Under the pieces are notes generated by a model. It worked only from the letters and a program-made list of their open reading frames with translations, did not search any database and was not told where the DNA came from. Below, in pieces: positions 40,101-51,700 of a DNA stretch of 64,000 nucleotides. The stretch spans positions 1-64,000 of the forward strand of contig JAUCBJ010004480.1 in assembly GCA_032718475.1 (NCBI GenBank), written 5' to 3'. Numbering within the stretch: position 1 is the first letter of the stretch; every line of letters begins with the position of its first letter. Source of the stretch: Nemertoderma westbladi (lineage: Eukaryota; Animalia; Xenacoelomorpha). The position numbers and the translations under genes were made by a program.

Positions 40101-41473
40101 ACATGGCGACCTACATCAGGGCAGTCACCCGCCAGTCCGCCGCCGACATAACCGGCTCCGACTCCGCCCACCTCGCGGATCCCGTCCTCGAGGAACTCGC
40201 CCGAGTGGCTCGGGACTACCCGGACTACAAAGCCCTACTCGCGGCCATTGAATCGGGCTTCCCGGAATCCGGCCGGAAGGAACCGGCGGTTAACATATAC
40301 TAGTCCGCCCGGGACCAGTTAACTACGGACGGGGACCTGGCCTTGTTTGGCCACCGTATTGTTGTCCCCACACGGTCCCGGAAATCCACCCTTGCACGCC
40401 TACACGCGGCACACCAGGGGGTGGAAAAAACGCTACATCGCGCCCGGCAGTGTGTATACTGGCCGGGCATCACCAACGACATCCGGACGTCCGTGGGCGC
40501 CTGCAGCGTGTGTCTGGCCTGTCGGTCAAGTCAAACCAAGGAACCATTTCTGACGGAGCCCCCACCAACTCGCCCGTTTGAAGATATCTCGGGAGATTTC
40601 TTCTCACTCGACGGGAAACATTTCCTCGCCACCGCAGACAGATATTCCGGATGGCCGGAAATCTACAGTTTCTCCGCCCCACCCACCGCTGCCCGGACAA
40701 CCACCGCCCTGCGTGACTGGTTCGTCCGCTACGGGGTACCAACCCGCTTCCGGTCGGACGGCGGAACCCAGTTCACAGCAGCAGAGCTGACCAGCTTCCT
40801 GAAAGACTGGGGGGTCACACCGGTCACATCGTCGCCAGAATACCCCCAGAGTAACGGGCACGCTGAATCAGCAGTGAAGGCCCTCAAGCGCTTACTGGAG
40901 AAGACTGGGGGGTCAACGACCTCCGCCGCGTTTCAGGAGGGGCTCCTGGAACTCCGAAACAGCCCCAGGGAGAGCGGCTTCTCCCCAGCGGACATAGTGT
41001 CCGGCCATCCTATGAGGTCGCGCGTTCCGGCCCACCACAGCGCCTTCGCTCGGACACTCCAGGAGACCCGGACGGAGCTAGACCGAGTGGCGCCGGCATT
41101 AAAATCAACCAGGACCGCCCAATATAACCGCGGAGCGAAGGCCCTGGAACCACTCGCGGTGGGCACCAGGGTCCGGGTTCAACACCCGACCAATAAACGG
41201 TGGGAGCGCACCGGCACCATCGTTGAGTCCGGTAAACACCAGAAGTATACTGTCCGGATGCCTTCCGGACGCACACTCATCCGGAACCGACGCCTACTTA
41301 TTCCGGACACCGCCCTCCAGGAGACACCCACGGGCCTATCAACCCCGGACGTGACACCCACAGCCCCCAAACACGTACGCTGGCGTGAACCCCTCATCGA
41401 AACTCAACAATTTGAGAAACTTTCAGTTTCCAAATACCCGAGGCGGGTACGTCAGCCACCCGACCGACTCTGA
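37148..41473 (+). pseudogene. Single-frame gag-pol polyprotein with three in-frame TAG stops
   Basis: ORFs at 37148, 38177, 39170 and 40343 share one frame, with stops at 37988, 39089 and 40301. Two CCHC knuckles (CGNCGRNH..C, CHACGKTGHFKSVC), protease LPDSGA, RT LRLCIDLR/VVDD, RNase H TDAS, integrase HAAH..C..C, SDGGTQF and SNGHAE. Confidence 0.92.
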
Positions 41474-41541
41474 CATGAATTTTGATGAACGAATTTTAGC
41501 TCGGCACCGCCTCAGACGGCTAACCCGAGCTTGAAAGGGGG

Positions 41542-41852
41542 TGTGGCAATAGCGACTATGGTACCAGTACCGGCACTATATACTTTCACTTTGATGACGA
41601 CCGAGAGTCTGACTGTGTCTGTCATCTGTAGATACTTAGGATATCAGTACCGACTGTCCTATCTACCGGTACAGCAGTACTATGTTAGGACCTAGATCCG
41701 TGTAGCCCAGTAGGCTACCTTTATTCAATATATATATTCATTATATATTATTATACTTATCTGCTCCGGCATATGTTCCGACGTTACAACATTGCCTGCA
41801 CGGCGTCCCGTTAACAGGTATGCTGGACCGAGAGTAGATTCCCCCACATACA
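41542..41852 (+). repeat. 3' LTR (311 bp)
   Basis: Direct repeat of 36735-37050, followed by the TSD ACAAT. Confidence 0.95.
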
Positions 41853-42989
41853 ACAATCAATTTATATATTTGATGGTTTTCAAAATTTGGTGCTAGCACC
41901 ACATTTTGCACCCACTTCCAAAAAGTACAAGTTTGAGATGTCTAGTTCGATAATTATATGTTCCATTGAATTCAGAACAGCCATAAACCTCTAAAACGCC
42001 AGAAATAAATTGTCACAAGCAATTTTATCTATTAAATGGATCTTCAACATTTCGTGCTAGCACCAAAACTTGCACAGAGCACCGAAAAATACAAGTTTGA
42101 TACGCTTGGTGCAACACGTATATATTTCATCGAAACCAGAGCCCCAAAAAACCCCAATTGCGTAAAAAACAAGTTTCAAACAATCAATTTACAAAATTGA
42201 CATATTTCAAAATTTGGTGCTGGCACCAAAAATTGGCACCCGCCGAAAAAATCAAGTTTGAAATTTCTAAATCAATTTATATAAATTCCATCCAATTTCT
42301 AACACCAAAAAACCGGTGTAAATCAAAAAATAGAGATGTTACAATTCATATTTAATGAAATGTAATTTTCAAAAAACGTCTCAAAAAAAGTGCCAAAAGT
42401 AGGGTTAAAAAATGGTGCTATAACTCGAAAACTACACAATATTTTTTAAAACGGTTTTCACTACTAGGAAGACAATAGATTTTTAGGAAAAGTCATAAAA
42501 TTTCAAATTCCAAACTGCGTTTGTTTCAGAATTATAATAAAAAAACCACGGGGGGGTGGGGGGTCATATTGACCCCCCCCCCCCCCCCCCCGGGTTTAAT
42601 AGGGTTAAAGTGTTACTCACATATGAGACTGAATAAGTATGAATAAGTATAACCTTTTCAGTATAAATATATTTAAATTTAAACCAACTACAAATAATGA
42701 AATAAATAATTCTACATGCAGATATGTCACTTAATTTACGTTATGAAATATTATACTGTATGTGACATTTAAGTGTCAATCAACCGTAGCAATTACCTAC
42801 GGATTTCATTCAAGTATTAAAATGCCCTCAAAGCGGTGCAACTCATTAATCGTTTTCGCCAATCAATAACGGTTCAAAGGTGACAGATAAAATAAATTGA
42901 TGTTAAACGTAATTTAGTTTCTTTGAATAACTAAAAATTATAATCAGCCACACTTGATTGAGTAGTATGCGTCTATGGAATGATTGGAC

Positions 42990-43200
42990 CCAAATCGCGT
43001 CGTGGCGAATTAATATCCCGCATCAATGTTAATTATAAATTTAGAGAAAGGAGCAGGTTACAGTGGCACGTTATTTTAACCAAATCAATAAACTAAACAC
43101 AAGAGAACAGGTTACAGTTTTATTTTTTAGAGTAATCAGTTGTTATTTGCGCCGAATTTCCCCTGGAGAGGGATGAATTTGTATTGCGTCGAAAGTCCCC
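42990..43200 (+). repeat. Unclassified dispersed repeat (other copies ~11872-11945, 20305-20392, 45745-45925, 47650-47805)
   Basis: Shared motif AGAGTAATCAGCTGTTATTTGCGTCGATTTTCCCCTGGAGAGGG. Several copies also share upstream CAGG(T/A)TACAG blocks. Confidence 0.7.
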
Positions 43201-43204
43201 CCTT

Positions 43205-43723
43205 ATCAGTCACTGGGCCAGTATTGTGGAACAGTCTCCCCTCTAGTCTAATTATTAGCAAATCTAAATTTTCATTTAAACGTCAATTTAAAACATACCT
43301 ATTTGAACACATGACGTAACGTCATAATAATACATTACACAATATCTCCCTATATGTCTGGCTCTATCTTATTATATTTCCTTCTCACATACACTGCGAC
43401 TGGACTGTTTCTTCACTACAGTGTATTGTAAAATGGTTAATTAAATTATTATATTTCCTTGTGATCCTGATCAACAATTATTAAAGGTTTATATAACAGT
43501 TCTTATTTTATCTTTTTTCAAATATATAATACTTAGTTACATATACAGTACATTTACCCCTGGTCGGTTGGCAGCCTCGACTAGCCTGGCTATTGCTGCA
43601 ACCCTTACCAACCCACCGCCTCGCACACTGCATACACATTTTCTTTTTATTCCATTACAACTAAACTGTGCTTTGGTGATGGTTCTAATTATAACATTTT
43701 TCCTATAAATAACAATAAAAAAA
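43205..43723 (+). mobile_element. L2-group LINE 3' end
   Basis: VTGPVLWNSLPSSL...FSFKRQFKTYLF*, then a 3' UTR with the stem-loop GGTTGGCAGC...GCTGCAACC and an A-rich tail. Confidence 0.75.
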
Positions 43724-43982
43724 TTACTGAATTAAATTGCATAGCTAAATAGTGAATAATGATTAATTGTATTTGTATTTATTGTATCTGAGATTGGATT
43801 GGATTGGGACGAGACGGTGGTTTTTAAGCGGCATTCAACTTTGTGTTGGTATTATTGACGAGTTGTAGGCCCACCCTACCTACCACTACATACAATAACC
43901 AAGGGGGCTGTCTATTTCAATTATAATAGATTGTTAAATATGTTGTTGCTCCAGTCAATAATATGCGGCCCCACAAAAACTC

Positions 43983-44073
43983 CGAGCAGTAAAGTTCCTG
44001 GGCAGTAAAGTTCCCGGGCAGTAAAGTTCCCGGGCAGTAAAGTTCCCGGGCAGTAAAGTTCCCGGGCAGTAAA
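43983..44073. repeat. 16-bp tandem repeat, ~5.7 copies
   Basis: (GGGCAGTAAAGTTCCC)n; resembles an arm of a fold-back element. Confidence 0.85.
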
Positions 44074-44516
44074 TTTGATGAGATACTATTGCTATTGTAT
44101 CTTGGTGCTCTTAATTTATGTTATTTTATTTAATTTGATGTTGCTAATTTCTTCTTCTTCAGACCATTTCTTCAGACAGACCAGACCATGCAATCTACTA
44201 TTGACTTACTGTAATGCAGCGAGCATTAAGAATGCTATGCCGGCTATAGAACCTAATTCACTAACTATTCCAATTATTAATCTTATAGCACCTGATTCAC
44301 TCTGTTCCTTCTTATTCCTCTGTTAACATTCGGGACTTGTATATTTTAACTATTTATTAACAAAAATCGGGATTATTAATATTAATATATTAATATTTCT
44401 ATTATTATAATATTAATATTGGCATATTAATTTTTGATTTATTTGTTCGTTTTAATTATTTATTTAATTTAATTTAATTTATAATTTATTAATAGAATGT
44501 CATTATCTATCCGCAG

Positions 44517-44758
44517 CTCTTGCAATTATTTGCGATGACTATTTCGTTCCGTCCTTGGAAGTTATCTCCGAGACGCTGAAACTATCCGAAGACGTGGCTG
44601 GAGCCACATTCATGGCTGCGGGTTCCAGCGCTCCCGAACTGTTTACATCGGTTGCCGGGGTTACCGTGAAAAGCGACGTGGGCGTGGGAACCATAGTGGG
44701 GTCCGCCGTGTTCAACATTCTTATAATAATAGCGCTCTCTGCAGTACTAGCAGGCCAG
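44517..44758 (+). CDS. SLC24A: SLC24/NCKX exchanger exon (alpha-1 repeat)
   Basis: Splice sites ccgcag| and cag|gtatga. Encodes [44 protein letters not shown]...[14 protein letters not shown], the diagnostic NCKX alpha-1 signature. Confidence 0.95.
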
Positions 44759-45299
44759 GTATGAATCAAAGCACACATCTAATTATTGAGTCGGAAAATG
44801 TTACCCATAGGAATTTGGAAGATTGAAATATTTAATCCATTCTCTAATCTGGAAATAATAATTAGTTTGAGACGATTAAAAAAGTCCCGGTTAACCAGCC
44901 AGCCACCCTGTCAAATACATTAAAGTAATTTCGTCATATGGAACTTTATGCTGTTGGCACTGGAATGTTTTAAGCAGATTGATATTTAAATTTTGTTTGA
45001 TTTGCTTTTTTATCTGCGAGGGACGGCGATGAGGCGCCCTGACGTATGACGTTATTAGTAAATAATTGTGATATATTGTGGCGAATTCAAAACCATAAGA
45101 GCCACAAAGTGGCACTGGATTTGAAACCACATCTTACACATAGTGGAGCCAGTGCACAAAGCACAACGAGGGATAATCTTGCATAGTTTGGTTAATTTAC
45201 ATAAATAATTTTACGGGTAGTATATGATGCCTCAGGGTAGTTCCTGTTGCCTAGGCTGTTAATACTAACGTTGTAAATGGTGCCTAGGTACTTATTACT

Positions 45300-45480
45300 A
45301 CGGTATTACCTGATATCGGCTAGTACATGGTGCCTCCTTCATCAGCCCTGCTTGCAATATAGTTGTAGGTCTTATTCAGACTTTGATCATTGCATCTTAT
45401 ATGACGTACCTAATGTTTACGATAAGCTGAAAGTCCTGTCTGTTGCATCCGGTTTATGAAAACATCCTGCAGACCATACT
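45300..45480 (-). mobile_element. Possible Penelope-like element 3' remnant
   Basis: Minus-strand HIRCNDQSLNK resembles the I-x5-PSLN end of Penelope GIY-YIG domains. It is followed by CTGATGAAGG...CCGATA, a degenerate hammerhead-like motif. Confidence 0.3.
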
Positions 45481-47913
45481 TAAGACATTCCCCCACCTTA
45501 ACAAACTAATTGGTTTTTAAAAGCTTGTATTCTATGTTACAAATTTTGTGATGATTATTCATTAGCGAATGCGATGTCAACTTACAGGATTTCTACCAAA
45601 TAAGAATTGTGGCATTGGTGTTATTATGACATTAAATCACTCTGATGAAATCACGTCCCATATGCCAGAGTAAAGTAAACCCTGACAGTTGTATGCAGCT
45701 TCACTAATGAATCTGTTTCGCATAGTATTTCGAGACAGAAACTAGACGCAAATCCCACCTCGGGGATTTTATATCTCGCCTCAATGTTAAATTACTGTAA
45801 TAATTTCGGGAAAGGAGAAGAACGTTATTCTAACCAAAAACAATAAACTAAATGAAGTAAATAGAGCAGGTTACAGTTTATTTTAGAGTAATCAGCTGTT
45901 ATTTGCATCGAAATTCCCTTACCCCCGATCTGACTATTTCATAATAAACAAAAAATTAGAAAATAATACATTATTAATACAAGATATCTCACACATCGCT
46001 ATGTTATTGATCTATAACTTAACTGCATGCCTATAGTTGAATGTACCTGTACAGTAGATGTTGTATGAACTTGAGATATGCTTGGGGTCTATGGTCGTGG
46101 TCGGCTACCCATTCCCTTTAGTTTCCATTAATACTGTGCAATTCTACTAGAATAAATAGGTTTTAGCTTATGACACATAATTGTACTCCGTTGTGACTGC
46201 CGCTAAGTTGTATACTGGTTGCTTAGTTCTAGTTGATGCCTAAAGTACTGTTAATGTATTATATAATTCCACGGAAAATGCAAAGAGCTCTTATACTGCA
46301 ACTTTAACTCTACATAACCTATTTTACCCAAAATATATAAAAGTTGAAATCCTCAAATCAAAAATTCTCACTGTAAGAAAACCTCTATCTTACCACTTAC
46401 CAAGCATCTCATTCATATATAACCTCCAGCTGTGGATCTGCGAATTATTGTGAGGACATAATTATTGTGAAGCGTTGATCTAAATATATACGTGGCGGAC
46501 AGCACCCTTGATTCATCACGCTGTCTGGCGCACATCATTTGGCAAACTCCACGGCCCCTTGGGTTGAGATTTGTGCTCTTTATGCACCCCGATCACTAGA
46601 AAAAACGAGAAGGCCGCACAATTGGCTTGGCTTGTTACTATTGTCTCATCGCTTCTTGCATAGCTGTGGCAAATAACATGGACTTTATAATGAAATACGG
46701 ACTTATTAGTAATGAGCGGGAGTAAGTGCTGGTGTAGAGGGCGGCTGCATGCAATAATGGCCGGACTGCTCAACTATATGATTCACCGCAGTACATGCTC
46801 CTCATGCCCCCCCCCCCCCCCCCCCCCCCCTCATGGATGTCGGCAACGATAGTTATGTAACGGATGTTTTCAGCGAGGCGAGTTTAACTCTCAGTTGATC
46901 AGTTGCTTCGATGAACTCCCCCAAATAATGGCATTGTTGTTTCATATTCGATGCGATACAATAGCGATGTGACATGCTCATCCACAGATGGGATGATCCA
47001 CAGCAGAACGCTGAGGGTATAAGGCATGGACACCATATCACCATGTTTGTATATTTGCATGTGGAACCTTGCCGCTGGTACATACCGTTCTACAAAGTCT
47101 CCCAGTACTCATCCTGGCTCTTACATTGCCAATAAACACGGTATTCAGTGACCCATCTAATCCGAAATGGCGATACATCAGACACAGACAGCAGCACCAA
47201 TGGCAACTCCAGTACACATCGTTCTCTCACTCAGGTTCTGACCCTGATTGCATACAACCCGGCTCCTGAACTACGGCTTGCATTCAGTACACTTTTGTGT
47301 TTTTTATGTTAATTTTGTAATTAGATATTTTGCCTTTTCGATATATTTTTTGTGTTATCTATATTAGTCTATTTGTCTTGTTTATAATTATATAATGATG
47401 TTGGATTTAGTATAAATTCGTAACTTCTATATAATTATAAGTCAAGTTAATACAAAGAGATTTGAAGTTTTCGTATTCGGTCGGTGGTGTTATTTACCTC
47501 ATCTCGAATCGCTTCCCCTTATTAACTCCCCTGACTCGCCCATGGACACTGGACTTCAGACCAGTGTTGAACTATGAGAGTGTATGGCTGACCGTGGGAT
47601 CTATGAAAAATTTCCCTAAAAAATTGTGTGCTTCTACTACTTGCATCGACGCAAATACCGTCTCGGCGAATTAATATCTCTCCTAAATCTCGCACAGGAT
47701 ACAGTGGCACATTATTCTAACCAAAACAAGAAACGAAAGTCAATAGAATTGTTTTCAGTTTAATTTTTAGAGTAATCAGCTGTTATTTGCATCGGTTTTC
47801 CGGAATATTTAACATATGTATTTCGTTCAAAATGAAGTAGTGCCTTTCCTTTTAATACCCAAACCAACTACATCATATTTGCCAATGTCTTTAACAATTA
47901 TCCTTTCTTTCAG

Positions 47914-48113
47914 GTCCTCTATTTAGACTGGCGACCACTTATAAGGGATTCTACGTTCTATGCACTATCTATAGCTAGTTTCATTGGATTCGCCTGGGAT
48001 GGATACATTGCACTTCACGAGGCTATACTCCTACTCATATTATATATATCTTATATTGTCATTATGAAGTTCAACCCACAACTTATGGATTTCATGGGCA
48101 GTTGGCAGTGCTG
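47914..48113 (+). CDS. SLC24A: SLC24/NCKX exchanger exon (TM4-TM5)
   Basis: Splice sites tcctttctttcag| and ctg|gtatgt; phase-0 start. Encodes VLYLDWRPLIRDSTFYALSIASFIGFAWDGYIALHEAILLLILYISYIVIMKFN, matching the NCKX WxPLxRD...DG.I...E...Y..Y...MK.N pattern. Absent from the ORF track. Confidence 0.93.
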
Positions 48114-48584
48114 GTATGTTAACGATTCTATTTCATTCACATATAATCTATACTGTACATTTTTAAATGTTGTTGTTAAATCAAATAATATTGCAAGATG
48201 ATATGAATACATAATTTAGTCGTCATTTTCTTTACATATTATTAAAATACTTTATTATACTTACATATTTTACATATTATGTTGTAATGAAATTACAGAT
48301 TTTCATGCTATGTAATTGCCAAATATAATTATTATTTAATATCATTATGGATAATAACATCTCATAGAATGACGGACAGGGGGATTATTGGGGATAAACC
48401 TATTTATTTACCTTACTCTATCTAAAAGACCCACCTGCTTGAACTTAATGATTTCATATACTGCACCTAAATCTTTAGGAATAAATACTTATATTTCGAG
48501 GATATCCCCCTCTCCCCCACCCCACCACCACATTTTTTGTTTAAATGTTTAAAATTATAAATAATTTATTATTTGTTTTTGCAG

Positions 48585-48693
48585 TTGTAGGACTCGTATT
48601 GTACCAATTGACTCCGAATCTGGTGCTGTTAATGAAAATGGTATCCAACAAAACGATATTGCAATGCGCGAGCAACACCACAGAAATACAGGA
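48585..48693 (+). CDS. SLC24A: SLC24/NCKX exchanger exon (start of large cytoplasmic loop)
   Basis: Splice sites tttgtttttgcag| and gga|gtaagt; compatible with the phase-2 end of the previous exon. Open frame CRTRIVPIDSESGAVNENGIQQNDIAMREQHHRNTG. Confidence 0.75.
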
Positions 48694-48702
48694 GTAAGTT
48701 AA

Positions 48703-51700
48703 ATACCTGTACTCAAATCGACTGAATATCCATACCTGTACTCAAACCTACTGAATATCCATACTGATACTCAAACCTACTAAATATCCATACCTGTACT
48801 CAAACCTACTGAATATCCATACCTGTACTCAAACCTACTGAATATCCATACCTGTACTCAAACCTACTGAATATCCATACCTGTACTCAAACCTACTGAA
48901 TATCCATACCGGTACTCAAACCGACTGAATATCCATACCGGTACTCAACTCAAACCTACTGAATATCCATACTGGTACTCAAACCTACTGAATATCCATA
49001 CCGGTACTCAAACCGACTGAATATCCATACCGGTACTCAACTCAAACCTACTGAATATCCATACCGGTACTCAAACCTACTGAATATCCATACTGATACT
49101 CAAACCTACTGAATATCCATACTGATACTCAAACCTACTGAATATCCATACCGGTACTCAAATCGACTGAATATCCATACCGGTACTCAAATCGACTGAA
49201 TATCCATACTGATACTCAAACCTACTGAATATCCATACCTGTACTCAAACCTACTGAATATCCATACTGGTACTCAAACCGACTGACTGATAATCCATAC
49301 TGATACTCAAACCGACTGAATATCCATACCGGTACTCAAACCTACTAATATCCATACTGATACTCAAACCTACTGAATATCCATACCGGTACTCAAATCT
49401 ACTAATATCCATACTGGTACTCAAACCTACTGAATATCCATACCTGTACTCAAACCTACTGAATATCCATACCTGTACTCAAACCTACTGAATATCCATA
49501 CCGGTACTCAAACCTACTGAATATCCATACCTGTACTCAAACCTACTGTATATCCATACTGATACTCAAACCTACTGAATATCCATACCGGTACTCAAAC
49601 CTACTAAATATCCATACCGGTACTCAAACCTACTAAATATCCATACCGGTACTCAAATCTACTAATATCCATACTGGTACTCAAACCTACTGAATATCCA
49701 TACCTGTACTCAAACCTACTGAATATCCATACTGGTACTCAAACCTACTGAATATCCATACCGGTACTCAAACCGACTGAATATCCATACCGGTACTCAA
49801 CTCAAACCTACTGAATATCCATACCTGTACTCAAACCTACTGAATATCCATACCTGTACTCAAACCTACTGAATATCCATACCTGTACTCAAACCTACTG
49901 AATATCCATACCTGTACTCAAACCTACTGAATATCCATACCGGTACTCAAACCGACTGAATATCCATACCGGTACTCAACTCAAACCTACTGAATATCCA
50001 TACTGGTACTCAAACCTACTGAATATCCATACCGGTACTCAAACCGACTGAATATCCATACCGGTACTCAACTCAAACCTACTGAATATCCATACCGGTA
50101 CTCAAACCTACTGAATATCCATACTGATACTCAAACCTACTGAATATCCATACTGATACTCAAACCTACTGAATATCCATACCGGTACTCAAATCGACTG
50201 AATATCCATACCGGTACTCAAATCGACTGAATATCCATACTGATACTCAAACCTACTGAATATCCATACCTGTACTCAAACCTACTGAATATCCATACTG
50301 GTACTCAAACCGACTGACTGATAATCCATACTGATACTCAAACCGACTGAATATCCATACCGGTACTCAAACCTACTAATATCCATACTGATACTCAAAC
50401 CTACTGAATATCCATACCGGTACTCAAATCTACTAATATCCATACTGGTACTCAAACCTACTGAATATCCATACCTGTACTCAAACCTACTGAATATCCA
50501 TACCTGTACTCAAACCTACTGAATATCCATACCGGTACTCAAACCTACTGAATATCCATACCTGTACTCAAACCTACTGTATATCCATACTGATACTCAA
50601 ACCTACTGAATATCCATACCGGTACTCAAACCTACTGAATATCCATACCTGTACTCAAACCTACTGAATATCCATACTGGTACTCAAACCTACTGAATAT
50701 CCATACTGGTACTCAAACCTACTGAATATCCATACCGGTACTCAAACCGACTGAATATCCATACCGGTACTCAACTCAAACCTACTGAATATCCATACCG
50801 GTACTCAAACCTACTGAATATCCATAGCGGTACTCAAATCGACTGAATATCCATACCGGTACTCAAACCTACTGAATATCCATACCAGTACTCACACCTA
50901 CTGAATATCCATACCGGTACTCGGAAACCTACTGAATATCCATACCTGTACTCAAACCTACTGAATATCCATACCTGTACTCAAACCTACTGAATATCCA
51001 TACCTGTACTCAAACCTACTGAATATCCATACCGGTACTCAAACCGACTGAATATCCATACCGGTACTCAAACCTACTAATATCCATACTGATACTCAAA
51101 CCTACTGAATATCCATACCGGTACTCAAATCTACTAATATCCATACTGGTACTCAAACCTACTGAATATCCATACTGGTACTCAAACCTACTGAATATCC
51201 ATACCGGTACTCAAACCTACTGAATATCCATACCGGTACTCAAACCTACTGAATATCCATACCAGTACTCAAACCTACTAATATCCATACCGGTACTCAA
51301 AACTACTGAATATCCATACTGGTACTCAAACCTACTGAATATCCATACCGGTACTCAAACCTACTGAATATCCATACCGGTACTCAAACCTACTGAATAT
51401 CCATACTGGTACTCAAACCTACTGAATGTCCATACCGGTACTCAAACCGACTGAATATCCATACCGGTACTCAACTCAAACCTACTGAATATCCATACTG
51501 GTACTCAAACCTACTGAATATCCATACCGGTACTCAAACCGACTGAATATCCATACCGGTACTCAACTCAAACCTACTGAATATCCATACCGGTACTCAA
51601 ACCTACTGAATATCCATAGCGGTACTCAAATCGACTGAATATCCATACCGGTACTCAAACCTACTGAATATCCATACCAGTACTCACACCTACTGAATAT

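Larger units (their letters stand above)
36735..41852 (+). mobile_element. Ty3/Gypsy LTR retrotransposon with both LTRs (Mag-like)
   Basis: TG...CA LTRs at 36735-37050 and 41542-41852, with a 5-bp TSD ACAAT. PBS TGGCGCAGTGAG (tRNA-Ser-like) at 37051; PPT GAAAGGGGG before the 3' LTR. Domain order PR-RT-RH-IN. Confidence 0.97.
35917..42604. mobile_element. Non-autonomous piggyBac-like DNA transposon (~1.6 kb) hosting the Gypsy insertion
   Basis: TTAA on both flanks (35913-35916, 42605-42608). Imperfect TIRs ACCTAATAGTACCGGG / CCCGGGTTTAATAGGG and subterminal GGGTCATATTGACCC palindromes at both ends. Internal TGGTGCT(A/G)GCACCA-containing repeats continue on both sides of the Gypsy element. Confidence 0.7.

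Noticed and set aside
33220-40303. TAG stop-codon reassignment or programmed readthrough (four in-frame TAGs in two retroelements)
   Set aside because: The positions correspond to different expected residues (Gln, Trp, Glu/Asp), and two fall inside pol domains. The RTE ORF also ends normally in TAG, so point mutation is the simpler explanation.
37184-41397. Long antisense and alternate-frame ORFs in the Gypsy element
   Set aside because: Expected shadow ORFs of GC-rich coding sequence; no recognisable motifs.
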